A stretch of DNA of 32,000 nucleotides from Mycobacterium leprae TN (GTDB lineage: Bacteria > Actinomycetota > Actinomycetes > Mycobacteriales > Mycobacteriaceae): contig NC_002677.1 in the NCBI RefSeq assembly GCF_000195855.1, forward strand, positions 870,001 to 902,000. Direction: 5' to 3'. The position numbers were made by a program, and so were the translations under genes. Under the pieces are notes generated by a model. That model was not told the origin of the DNA, ran no database searches, and was given only the letters and a program-made list of their open reading frames with translations. Shown piece after piece: positions 18,793 through 27,970 of the stretch (position 1 is the stretch's first letter; each line of letters opens with the position of its first letter).

Positions 18793-20970
18793 TTAGTCTA
18801 GACGGTAGCGGATTAGCCGGGAGCTGTTGGCCACCACCGCGACAGATGATGCGTTGTGTAGGACCGCAGCCAGTACGGGGGAGAGTGCCCCGCCCGCCCC
18901 AATAAATAACCCGGCTGCGTTGACAGCGATAGACATGCCGTAATTTTCGCGGATTACTTCCACAGCTCGCCCGCCCAGGTCTCGCACGTCGAGCAGGCGA
19001 TTGAGGTCGTCGTTGGCCAGTGCCACGTCGGCGGTTTCGACGGCGACGTCGGTTCCGGCCAGGCCCATGGCGATTCCGATATCGGCGGCCGCTAGTGCCG
19101 GGGCGTCATTGACGCCGTCCCCGACCATGCCGACGACGTAGCCTTCGTTCTGCAGATCGCGGACCACCTTGAGCTTGTCCTCGGGCATCACCTCGGCGCG
19201 CCACTCGTCGATGCCTAACTCGGTGGCGACGGCTTTGGCGATGTCTGGATGGTCCCCGGTGAGCATGACTATCCGCCGAACACCGCTGGCCCGCAGCTTC
19301 GTTAGCACCTCGGCTGCCTCAGGCCGCACTTCGTCGCGCAGACTGATCAGCCCTACCAGCGTGCCGTCTACCGCGAACAGCAGCGGTGTCTCCGTCTGGT
19401 GTCGAAGCTTGTCGACCCACTCCGATGCCGTCTTCGACACCTTGACCTTTTCGGCGCACAATAGCGACGGGCTGCCCAGCAGCAGAGTCCGGCCGTCAGC
19501 CCAGGTCCGCATTCCCAGACCCACCAGCACCTCGCACTCCTCGTGTGGCGGGATGCTGATGTGGCGTTCCTCGGTCGAACGGATCACCGCTTCGGCCAGT
19601 GGATGCCGAGAGTGGATTTCCGAGCTGGCCGCATACGCCAACACCTGCTCCGGAGACCAATCCTTATGCATGGCAACGATATTGGTGACCACAGGGCGAC
19701 CAACAGTCAGTGTCCCGGTTTTGTCGAACAAGATCGCGTCGACCCGGCCCGCCTGTTCGAGGTGGGATCCGCCCTTGATGAGGATGCCGCGGCGGGCGCC
19801 GTTGCCGATAGCGGCGCTAATTGCGGTCGGTGTGGCCAATCCCACCGCGCAGGGGCACGCGATCAACAGCACGGTCATTGTGCGGCGGACGTCTTTGGTG
19901 ATCGCCAACGTAATTGCCGAAACAACGAACGAGGTGGGCACAAAGCAGCGGGAGAAGTTTTCGCCGACGGTCTGGATGGGCGCCCTATCGTGTTGAGCCT
20001 CTTCGACTCGGGTGACAATGCGCCCGATCGTGGTGTGCTTGCCGACGGCACTAGCACGCACCATCAAGCGCCCGCGCACTACCACTGAACCGGCATGGAC
20101 GTGAGATCCGGCCATGACACTGACGGGCAGGTTTTCACCGGTGATTGCAGACTGATTGACAACTGCTTCGCCGTCGATGACTTCGCCGTCAACCGGTATC
20201 GCGACATGTTCGTGCACTACCACCTCGTCGCCGATCTGCACTGTGCCGATCGGCACCTGTATTTCGGTACCTGCTTGCGGTCCGTCGGTCAGGCGAATCC
20301 ACGCCGTGTCCTGGGTGCCACTTAAGAGTGCTGAGATTGCTCGTCGGGTCCTCCGCAACGTCAGATCCTGCAGGTATTCACCGATGTTGAGCAGCCACAG
20401 CACGGCCAGTGCCACCACGTTTTCACGCAGTATCAGGCTGGCAATGGTCGCCACTGAGACCAGCGCATCGGTGCCGGTCTTACCGAAGCGCAACGCGCCA
20501 CGCAGGAAGGGGTACCCGGTAAATATGGTTACGCCGCTGGCGACGAGCCGACTGGTCGTCGGCAGCAGCAGCGGACGCGCGAACACATAGCGGCGCACGC
20601 CAAGCAGCGTCAGTGCCGCAGCACCGATCGCCATACGAAGCACCTCGATGTTGCGGATATCGGACGAATGCGGTGCGCGGGTGGGGATTAGTTCCGCGGC
20701 CACGTGTGCTGCACCGCTGATCGCTGCCAGTATCGATTGGCGATCACAGCACCGGGGCGAGTACCAGACGACGACGGACCCGGTGCGCGGGTAGGCATGA
20801 ACGACCCGCACACCGTTGCACTTGGCTATCGCTTCTTCGACCGTCACAGCGCGTCGGGGGTTTGAGCGGACCCACTCGATTTGAATCCGCATCCGCCCGG
20901 CCGCATCAGAAACCACTACGAAGGCCGGATTGTCAGCTGTTGCGATCTGTTCAGCCATCGCAAGGGTCAT
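18793..20970 (-). CDS. ctpC: P1B-type metal-transporting ATPase
   Basis: 725-aa ORF with an ATG start. Motifs: TGE-type actuator ITGENLP, transmembrane CPC (IACPCAVGL), phosphorylation site FDKTGTLT, and hinge VGDGVNDAPAL. Matches my recollection of Mtb CtpC (Rv3270, 718 aa). Confidence 0.95.
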   Translation of the reverse strand: MTLAMAEQIATADNPAFVVVSDAAGRMRIQIEWVRSNPRRAVTVEEAIAKCNGVRVVHAYPRTGSVVVWYSPRCCDRQSILAAISGAAHVAAELIPTRAPHSSDIRNIEVLRMAIGAAALTLLGVRRYVFARPLLLPTTSRLVASGVTIFTGYPFLRGALRFGKTGTDALVSVATIASLILRENVVALAVLWLLNIGEYLQDLTLRRTRRAISALLSGTQDTAWIRLTDGPQAGTEIQVPIGTVQIGDEVVVHEHVAIPVDGEVIDGEAVVNQSAITGENLPVSVMAGSHVHAGSVVVRGRLMVRASAVGKHTTIGRIVTRVEEAQHDRAPIQTVGENFSRCFVPTSFVVSAITLAITKDVRRTMTVLLIACPCAVGLATPTAISAAIGNGARRGILIKGGSHLEQAGRVDAILFDKTGTLTVGRPVVTNIVAMHKDWSPEQVLAYAASSEIHSRHPLAEAVIRSTEERHISIPPHEECEVLVGLGMRTWADGRTLLLGSPSLLCAEKVKVSKTASEWVDKLRHQTETPLLFAVDGTLVGLISLRDEVRPEAAEVLTKLRASGVRRIVMLTGDHPDIAKAVATELGIDEWRAEVMPEDKLKVVRDLQNEGYVVGMVGDGVNDAPALAAADIGIAMGLAGTDVAVETADVALANDDLNRLLDVRDLGGRAVEVIRENYGMSIAVNAAGLFIGAGGALSPVLAAVLHNASSVAVVANSSRLIRYRLD

Positions 20971-20980
20971 GTCAAGCAGC

Positions 20981-21259
20981 TCAATGGTCGTGCTGGTGGA
21001 TGTCGCTGACGGCCGGCGCCGTCGTTTCTTTGCCGATGCGTTCGCGGGCTTCGGCCATTACGTCGGCAAGTTTAAGCCTGGCCGACTCTGCGGCCTCTTC
21101 GGCCTTGCGGCTGCCGCGCAGCCCCAGCTCTAAGGCCGAGACCGCGATTTGGTGCAGCGGTACTTTGGTAACGGCCTTGCGCAACATCTCGTAGGCGGTT
21201 ACTCCGGTCAAGCCGGTGATTACCATGGTTGCTGCCTTCGCCAATAGTCCTTGCACCAT
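20981..21259 (-). CDS. pacL1: DUF1490 membrane metallochaperone-like protein partnered with CtpC (Rv3269/PacL1-like)
   Basis: 92 aa from ATG 21259. N-terminal TM helix (LLAKAATMVITGLTGVTAY), Ala/Glu-rich helix, and His/Asp-rich C-terminus SDIHQHDH. Its stop lies 10 nt before the ctpC ATG. The ORF-track start at 21367 runs through AT-rich promoter-like DNA and is rejected. Confidence 0.8.
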   Translation of the reverse strand: MVQGLLAKAATMVITGLTGVTAYEMLRKAVTKVPLHQIAVSALELGLRGSRKAEEAAESARLKLADVMAEARERIGKETTAPAVSDIHQHDH

Positions 21260-21352
21260 TGCTCGAACCTTACCTATTGGTTTGTTGTTTCTAGCGTGAC
21301 ATGTTGGCACCGCGTCAGCTGATGCTCCCGTGAGATTAACATGTAAATATTG

Positions 21353-21366
21353 TGATATAAATATCA
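21353..21366. promoter_or_regulatory. 6-2-6 palindrome TGATAT-AA-ATATCA in an AT-rich tract upstream of pacL1-ctpC (operator candidate)
   Basis: Read directly. It lies about 95-105 nt upstream of the pacL1 ATG, within the most AT-rich stretch I noticed in the window (about 21330-21400). Two ACATGT hexamers (21299-21304, 21339-21344) lie between it and the gene. Confidence 0.2.
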
Positions 21367-21404
21367 ATTGCAGTGGCTTGGTTGGTTAGTTAAGATTGTC
21401 CATC

Positions 21405-22075
21405 TCAAAGTATCTGGGTGACCTTTTCGGTCTTAATCCTACGCTGCAGTATCGCCGGGTCGGGGTTAGCGACCTGTACTAATGACGCGCCGACGGGCAT
21501 GACCGCCAACAGGCCAATTATCAAATCAGTGGATCTTTCCCACGACGCGGTGGAAAGCACCCGGTCGCGCGACGTCAACCCCCTTGCCGTCACGGACTTT
21601 TCACAGTCAGCCAGGATCTCCTCGACTGATTGGCCGGCAAGAGTGGGACCGGGGTGGCGTTCGGGAACTAGCTGATCGCTGTGCATCCGCACTGTGGTCG
21701 CGTAGTCGGTGACTCCGACCAGCAGGCCGGGGTTGTCTGGCCGAATGGGTCGAGCAACAACACCGCCACCTCGCCGTCGGGAGCTGTGCTGGCTAGGGCC
21801 TCGTGCAGCCGTTCAGCGGTGCACAGCGCGAGGTCGGCTGTCGGGTCGGCTGGGCCTAGGAGTGTTTCGGCGCCGATCCACCACGCCCCGAACAAAACAG
21901 CCAACATCTTGTTGCCAGTCTTGGCTGCCCAGTTGGCCAGGGTTGCTGCGGACAATTCGATGCGCTCGCTAGTGGCATCGTCGTAGTAGGTGATCCGCGG
22001 ACCGACCGAGTCGGCCCTCAGCATCGGGTTCAGAATCGCCTCGCTCAGCGTTGTTTGTGTGTTCAGTTGATGCAC
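21405..22075 (-). pseudogene. Rv3268-like (TIGR03089-type) conserved protein, probably inactivated
   Basis: N-terminal ORF 21668-22075 (..ITYYDDATSERIELSAATLANWAAKTGN..AVLFGAWWIGAE..) and C-terminal ORF 21405-21692 (..GVTDYATTVRMHSDQLVPE..) are in different frames and overlap by 25 nt. KTGN appears to be joined directly to AVLFGAWW, where I recall about 30 more residues in the family. Confidence 0.55.
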
Positions 22076-23532
22076 TCGGGTTGGTCAGAGCCGGCGGTAA
22101 GGATCGGCGATGGCACCGGGATGTTGGGGTCAGCCGAAGCACCGGGGTTTGATGCATAGTCTGACGCTATCGAACCGTTACCGAAAAGCCCAGAGCCCGG
22201 ACCAGTGTAGTCGTTGGCCAATATTACTAGCACCGATCCTGCGGGGATCGATCCATCGACGACTATGGGTAACCCGCCCAGTTCCTTAGAGACCTTCTGG
22301 GCTCCGAGGTCGTCAGACTTCGCAGCACGCACCTGGCTGCTTTTCACATGGCTTCCTTGATTGTTGGCCACGGAGCCGGCAATAAAACCCTTGGTGGTCA
22401 ATATATCTGATACCGCCGCGGCCAGTCCGTTGATGTCGGTGTCATTGGCCACGTTAGCGGTGATCTTGGCGGGTGTGTAGGCCAGCTCGTCGGTTTTGTC
22501 TTGGGCTTGGTTATGCAACAGTCCACTAACGAAGTTTTGAACCTGGTGCGGGTCTACCCGCACAACGCTTTGCATGCCGTCGTCGCTCCACCCGGTCTCG
22601 TCGAGTACCGGAATGGTGGCGAAGGCGACTTTGCGATCTGCCAGACTTTGTAACTGCTTTAGGAAGTCCATCAGGTTCCATCCTGAGGAAATCACTACCG
22701 AACGCTGGATGGCCTGCTCGAGATGTTTTATTGTGGATGGGTTGGATAGGGTTTGTCCGGAGATGACCCGGTGGACTAGCGAGGCCATCACCGCCTGCTG
22801 ACGCACCACCCGGTCCAGGTCACCGCGGGGCAGCTCATGACGTTGGCGGACGAAGCTCAGCGCCTGCGGACCATTCAGCTTCTGCCTGCCGGCCGGAAAG
22901 TCGGCACCCGACATTGGCTCAAACACTGCATCTTTGAGACAGACGTCGACGCCACCGAGCGCGTCAACGATCAATGCGAAACCGAGTAAACCGATTTCGG
23001 CATAGTGGTCGACGGTGACGCCGGTGAGATCGGCGACCGTCTTGATCAGGGCCTCACGACCGGCTTCGGTGCCTTGCGCCGCGGCATCTTCGGCGGAATC
23101 ACCGGTCCGGACGAGGCTCGCTCGCTTGGCCTCCCTGGTCTGACCGTAGACGCCGTTGATCTTCGCCTTGCCCAGGCCGGGAGCTTGCACGTAGGAGTCC
23201 CGAGGAATCGAGATCGCGGTCGCCGACTTCCCGTTGTTGGGTATACGGATCAGGATGATCGTGTCGGTGTTGGTGGCCTCTTCGTCGCCAGCCCGCAGTG
23301 TCGCCAGCTCCTCGGCCGACAGCGGGTTGCCGTAGGCATCGGTACGGCTGTCCAAACCGACCAACAGAATATCGATAGCGCCGTCGTTGCCGCCCTTGCC
23401 CAGTGAGGGAGCGGACATGTGGAAGATGCCGTCTTCGAATGACCGGAAGCTAGTCCACGTGATCCCGGTCCCCAGAACGATAGCAAGGGTTAGCGCAGTG
23501 ACAACCGCACGAACCACACGTTGCACAGGCAT
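22063..23532 (-). CDS. lcp1: LytR-CpsA-Psr (LCP) family cell-wall glycopolymer ligase (Rv3267-like)
   Basis: 489-aa ORF. N-terminal TM anchor, LCP core motifs ILLVGLDSRTD, TDTIILIRIP and ISIPRDSYV, and a C-terminal LytR_C-like domain. Divergent from rmlD, as in Mtb. Confidence 0.9.
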   Translation of the reverse strand: MPVQRVVRAVVTALTLAIVLGTGITWTSFRSFEDGIFHMSAPSLGKGGNDGAIDILLVGLDSRTDAYGNPLSAEELATLRAGDEEATNTDTIILIRIPNNGKSATAISIPRDSYVQAPGLGKAKINGVYGQTREAKRASLVRTGDSAEDAAAQGTEAGREALIKTVADLTGVTVDHYAEIGLLGFALIVDALGGVDVCLKDAVFEPMSGADFPAGRQKLNGPQALSFVRQRHELPRGDLDRVVRQQAVMASLVHRVISGQTLSNPSTIKHLEQAIQRSVVISSGWNLMDFLKQLQSLADRKVAFATIPVLDETGWSDDGMQSVVRVDPHQVQNFVSGLLHNQAQDKTDELAYTPAKITANVANDTDINGLAAAVSDILTTKGFIAGSVANNQGSHVKSSQVRAAKSDDLGAQKVSKELGGLPIVVDGSIPAGSVLVILANDYTGPGSGLFGNGSIASDYASNPGASADPNIPVPSPILTAGSDQPECIN

Positions 23533-23620
23533 CCCACTAGGTTACTTGTGATATAGCAGCTTGCCGGGTAGCCCAGCCGTGGCGTGGCCCGAGCTTTCTA
23601 AGGCATGCCAGACTCGAACC

Positions 23621-24556
23621 GTGTCGGACAGGTCAGGCAGACTAGTGATTACCGGTGCCGGTGGGCAGCTTGGCAGCGCTCTAGCGGCGCAGGCCACCGC
23701 TGCGGGCCGGGACGTGCTAGCGTTGACCTCGTCGCAATGGGATATTACCGATGCCGCGGTCGCCGAACGGATGGGGCGCAGCGCCCTCAAAAAAAATGAT
23801 GTCGTGGTGAACTGTGCGGCCTACACCAATGTAGACGGCGCCGAAAGCAACGAGTTGGCCGCGTATGCGGTCAATGCTACCGGTCCGGAGTATATCGCGC
23901 GTGCCTGCCGGTGCGCCGGCGCTGCCCTGATTCACGTCTCAACCGACTATGTGTTCAGTGGTGATTTCGGCTCGGGCGCTAATAGGGTTGCTCCGCGTCC
24001 GTATGAGCCTACGGATGAAACTGGGCCGCTGGGGGTGTACGGACGCAGCAAACTTGCTGGTGAGCAGGCCGTACTGGCAGCGATGCCCGAGGCCACCGTG
24101 GTCCGGACCGCCTGGGTCTACACCGGCGGGACCGGCAAGGATTTCGTCGCTGTCATGCGACGCTTGGCTGCTGGGGACGGCCCGGTGTACGTGGTTGATG
24201 ATCAGATCGGCTCGCCGACCTATGTTGTCGATCTGGCTGCCGCACTGCTGCAGGTCGCCGACGGCAGTGTGCATGGGTCCGTCCTACACGCCGCCAACGA
24301 GGGGGAGGTTTCACGATTCGGCCAAGCCCGCGCCGTGTTCGAAGAATGCGGCGCTGACCCGCTGCAAGTGCAACCCGTTAGCACCGCCCAAAACCCGCGT
24401 TCGGCGGCCCGGCCGGCCTATTCCGCGCTATCTGGTCGACAGTCCGTCGCGGCTGGCTTAACGCCGCTAAGGCCCTGGCGCAGCGCACTTGTCGAGGCAC
24501 TCGCGGTATCTCGCAGCCTCCCGGTCGATCGACCGTTACCCTCTACGCGTGACTGA
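23621..24556 (+). CDS. rmlD: dTDP-4-dehydrorhamnose reductase
   Basis: Rossmann motif VITGAGGQLG, STDYVF, and catalytic YGRSKLAGE (YxxxK). GTG 23621 gives 311 aa, close to the roughly 304 aa of Mtb RmlD. ATG 23561 is an alternative start. Confidence 0.9.
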   Translation: MSDRSGRLVITGAGGQLGSALAAQATAAGRDVLALTSSQWDITDAAVAERMGRSALKKNDVVVNCAAYTNVDGAESNELAAYAVNATGPEYIARACRCAGAALIHVSTDYVFSGDFGSGANRVAPRPYEPTDETGPLGVYGRSKLAGEQAVLAAMPEATVVRTAWVYTGGTGKDFVAVMRRLAAGDGPVYVVDDQIGSPTYVVDLAAALLQVADGSVHGSVLHAANEGEVSRFGQARAVFEECGADPLQVQPVSTAQNPRSAARPAYSALSGRQSVAAGLTPLRPWRSALVEALAVSRSLPVDRPLPSTRD

Positions 24557-25475
24557 CGTGCTGCCCGTCGTCGCGGTGACTTACTCGCCGGGACCGCACT
24601 TGGAGCGTTTTCTGGCTTCGTTAGCATTGGCCACTGACCGCCCGGTGAGCGTGGTGTTGGCCGACAACGGGTCCACTGACGGGACACCGCAGGTGGCGGT
24701 CGAACGTTACGTCAATGTTCGGTTGTTTGAGACCGGGGCCAACCTCGGGTACGGAACCGCTGCGAATCTCGCTATCGCACAGTTTTTTGAGGAGGGCGGG
24801 GCAACCGGCCAACCTTGGGTCGATGATTGGGTGATTGTGGCCAACCCTGACGTGCAATGGGGTCCGGGCAGTATCGACGCTCTGCTGGACGCCGCCGCCC
24901 GATGGCCCCGCGCGGGGGCCCTGGGCCCGCTGATTCGTGATCCCGACGGGTCGGTGTATCCGTCCGCGCGTCATTTACCAAGCTTGGTTCGCGGTGGCAT
25001 GCACGCAGTGTTGGGGCCGGTTTGGCCACGCAATCCGTGGACAGCTGCCTACCGCCAGGAACGGCTCGAGCTCACCGAACGGCCGGTGGGCTGGCTGTCG
25101 GGTTCGTGTCTGCTAGTGCGGCGTTCGGCTTTCCGTGAGGTCGGTGGCTTCGACGAGCGCTACTTCATGTACATGGAGGACGTCGACTTGGGGGACCGGC
25201 TCGGCAAAGCTGGTTGGCTAAGCGTCTATGTGCCGTCGGCCGAAGTGCTGCATCACAAGGGCCACTCCACCGGACGTGACCCGGTAAGCCATTTGGCGGC
25301 CCACCACAAAAGCACCTATATCTTCTTGGCTGATCGACATTCTGGTTGGTGGCGAGCCCCGCTGCGCTGGATGCTGCGTGGCTCGTTGGTGGTGCGTTCT
25401 CGCCTGATGGTGCGTAGTTCGCGTCGTAAACAGGCTGCGAAGCAGGCCAGGCAACTGGCAGAAGGGCGACGTTGA
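24549..25475 (+). CDS. wbbL: dTDP-rhamnosyltransferase (GT2) for the arabinogalactan linker unit
   Basis: GT2 motifs VVAVTYSPG, ADNGSTDGT, GYGTAANL and MEDVDLGDR. GTG 24549 overlaps the rmlD stop (GTGACTGA) and gives 308 aa, close to the roughly 301 aa of Mtb WbbL1. Confidence 0.9.
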   Translation: MTDVLPVVAVTYSPGPHLERFLASLALATDRPVSVVLADNGSTDGTPQVAVERYVNVRLFETGANLGYGTAANLAIAQFFEEGGATGQPWVDDWVIVANPDVQWGPGSIDALLDAAARWPRAGALGPLIRDPDGSVYPSARHLPSLVRGGMHAVLGPVWPRNPWTAAYRQERLELTERPVGWLSGSCLLVRRSAFREVGGFDERYFMYMEDVDLGDRLGKAGWLSVYVPSAEVLHHKGHSTGRDPVSHLAAHHKSTYIFLADRHSGWWRAPLRWMLRGSLVVRSRLMVRSSRRKQAAKQARQLAEGRR

Positions 25476-25476
25476 G

Positions 25477-26553
25477 TTGGCAACCTTGCAAGTCGATGCG
25501 GTGGTCCTGGTCGGCGGCAAGGGCACCCGGCTGCGGCCGCTGACCTTGTCTGCGCCCAAGCCCATGCTGCCCACCGCCGGGTTGCCGTTTCTTACTCATC
25601 TGCTGTCGCGGATCGCTGCGGCGGGCATTGAGCACGTGATTCTGAGTACCTCATATCGGGACGCAGTGTTTGAGGCGGAGTTCGGCGATGGGTCCAAGCT
25701 GGGCCTGCAAATCGACTACGTGATTGAGGAGTCTCCGCTGGGAACTGGAGGTGGTATCGCCAACGTCATCGATCAGCTGCGTCACGACACCGTCATGGTG
25801 TTCAACGGCGATGTGTTGTCCGGTGTTGACCTCGGGCAGTTGCTGGGATTCCAACGAACCAACTTCGCTGACGTCACTTTGCACCTGGTGCGAGTGGGTG
25901 ACCCACGGGCTTTCGGTTGTGTGTCCACCGAAGATGGTCGAGTTACCGCCTTTCTGGAGAAAACGCAAGATCCGCCTACCGACCAGATTAACGCCGGCTG
26001 TTACGTCTTCGAGCGCAATGTTATCGACCGGATTCCTCGAGGCCGTGAGGTATCGGTTGAACGCGAGGTGTTCCCGACCCTACTCTCCGACGCCGACGTT
26101 AAGGTCTGTGGTTACGTTGATGCCACGTATTGGCGGGACATGGGTACCCCAGAAGACTTTGTTCGCGGGTCGGCGGATCTGGTGCGCGGCATTGCCCCAT
26201 CACCGGCCTTGGGCGGCCACCGCGGCGAGCACTTAGTGCATGACGGTGCGGCGGTGTCTCCTGGTGCGGTGCTGATCGGCGGCACGGTTGTTGGGCGTGG
26301 TGCTGAGATCGGCCCCGGTGTCCGGTTAGACGGAGCGGTGATTTTTGACGGGGCCAAGGTTGAGGCCGGCAGTGTGATCGAGCGCTCGATCCTCGGCTTC
26401 GGTGTCCGCATTGGGCCGCGGGCACTGATACGCGACGGTGTAATTGGAGACGGCGCTGATATCGGTGCGCGTTGTGAGTTGTTGCGTGGTGCTCGAGTGT
26501 GGCCCGGTGTTTCGATTCCCGACGGCGGGATTCGTTACTCCTCCGATGTCTAG
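25477..26553 (+). CDS. manB: Mannose-1-phosphate guanylyltransferase (nucleotidyltransferase + left-handed beta-helix)
   Basis: 358 aa with a TTG start, 1 nt after the wbbL stop. Motif LVGGKGTRLRPLT, and a C-terminal hexapeptide-repeat region. Its position equals Rv3264c (ManB/RmlA2). Confidence 0.9.
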   Translation: MATLQVDAVVLVGGKGTRLRPLTLSAPKPMLPTAGLPFLTHLLSRIAAAGIEHVILSTSYRDAVFEAEFGDGSKLGLQIDYVIEESPLGTGGGIANVIDQLRHDTVMVFNGDVLSGVDLGQLLGFQRTNFADVTLHLVRVGDPRAFGCVSTEDGRVTAFLEKTQDPPTDQINAGCYVFERNVIDRIPRGREVSVEREVFPTLLSDADVKVCGYVDATYWRDMGTPEDFVRGSADLVRGIAPSPALGGHRGEHLVHDGAAVSPGAVLIGGTVVGRGAEIGPGVRLDGAVIFDGAKVEAGSVIERSILGFGVRIGPRALIRDGVIGDGADIGARCELLRGARVWPGVSIPDGGIRYSSDV

Positions 26554-26631
26554 CTTCTTGGGCATCGAAATCGACGCTACCGGGATGACTACTCGAACTT
26601 TTCCGCGCTGACGTCGATCTCCGGTGCTCAT

Positions 26632-27478
26632 GTCGGTGGGCTAGACGACGATCGGTGCCTGGGGGAAGTCTTCATTGGTAGTGAAGCGGTCGATGCCGGT
26701 GCGCTGAATGACTACCTGCTACGCAGGTGGTGCCGGACGATCTTTCGTGACGTTTACATACCGCAGTGGGACGAGAGGATCGCATTTGTATTTTGTGGAA
26801 CCTTGCTGTGGTCGCGCCGGCAGGCGGCCGATCGCAAGTGTTTTAGCATGGGCGTTTGCATGGTGCACAGTGGGTTGGCGCAGACACGACGATTGAATTC
26901 GTCACAAACAGCGCCCGGACCTAGCGTGGACTGATCGTTCGCAACGAATTGCTCGACGCCGATGAAGCGAGCACCATCAGGCGGCTTCCAGTCACCGGGG
27001 TTGCCCCCACACCGCTTTCGACCTCGACCGCCCATGTGGCACGCATGAGCGCGACTCCACTCGCTCATGCGTGCCACATCGTTCGCTTTCGAATATTGGC
27101 AAAACGACACCGCGGTGCTCGTGAAGTGCAAAGGCCAGCGGAGGTGCTGCCCTTAGTGGACAGTGGCGTGGCCTCGCCGAAGGCAAGCTGGTTGTGGTTG
27201 TTTCTTATTGACGCCGGTATATCGAAACCAACTACTTAGATTCCGGTTTACGACGATTGGTGACTTATTCGGTGTCTTAGAAATGGGTTGGGAGGATTAC
27301 TTGGTCGCTGCGGAGTATAACGGCAACCAACACCGCACCGACCGAAAGTAACATCTCAAGGAGATCAGGCGATTGGCGAAGTTTGCTGACCTAGGCTGGA
27401 TTGTGATCCGTGTGATCGCCGAGGACAAGCGACGACGTCCTCAACCGCGTCCTTCAAGCGTTGGTTCGCCGTGGCTAA
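26632..27478 (+). pseudogene. DUF559 / Vsr-like endonuclease-domain protein pseudogene
   Basis: The N-terminal part GEVFIGSEAVDAGALNDYLLRRWCRTIFRDVYIPQ runs into a stop. The C-terminal part reads MGWEDYLVAAEYNGNQHRTDRK-stop-HLKEIRRLAKFADLGWIVIRVIAED, followed by DDVLNRVLQALVRRG-stop (27476-27478) in another frame. This architecture is typical of actinobacterial endonuclease-domain (DUF559) proteins. No usable start codon was found. Confidence 0.6.
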
Positions 27479-27492
27479 CACCGAGATCGGCG

Positions 27493-27950
27493 TTAGCGTG
27501 ACCTCCTCGCACTTTTCCGCGCCACTGTCAATTTCGGCCGCAAGGCTTCGGCTGGCCACCACCTTAAGGCCTCCGATTCGTCGCTGACCACGATGTGCAC
27601 GCCGTCTAGCGCGTGCGCCACGAATTGCAAATCCAGATGACGGGTTGGTTCGCTTAGCGAGCAGGTTACCGGGTGGACGTGAATTGTGGTTAGTTCGGGC
27701 GTGATCCGCAGATCGGCCACGCCAGACTCTTTGGTGGCCTCGCGCAGTGCCACGGCGACGCGGTCTTCGTCGTGCCCGGCCAGCTGGACTCAGCGGCCAA
27801 GATACGGGAGCACCCTGGCTGGCGGTGTCGTTGAGCACCAACGACTAAGCGGTGACGTGATCAGGGGACGCACCCTCGGCGGCACGTGCCGGGTTGACTG
27901 TGGATAAAGGCCAGTGCCGCATCCAGCCACGATATCCTGGACCGGATTAG
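27493..27950 (-). pseudogene. Nudix hydrolase pseudogene
   Basis: Minus-strand fragments: DHVTA-stop-SLVLND, ..VQLAGHDEDRVAVALREATKESGVADL (a Nudix-box-like G.5E.7REa.EEsG) and HLDLQFVAHA...VVSDESEALRWWPAEAL. They are split across frames by stops. Confidence 0.5.
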
Positions 27951-27970
27951 GCTTTGTCAGTCGGTGAGGA

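Noticed and set aside
20981-21367. 128-aa version of the ORF upstream of ctpC.
   Set aside because: The first 36 codons run through the AT-rich promoter-like tract and encode no conserved sequence. The internal ATG at 21259 gives the expected roughly 92-93-aa DUF1490 protein.
23789-23796. A8 homopolymer inside rmlD (codons ..LKKND..), unusual in GC-rich DNA and potentially slippage-prone.
   Set aside because: It is in frame in an otherwise intact, presumably essential gene, and there is no evidence of phase variation. It may be of minor use as a typing marker only.
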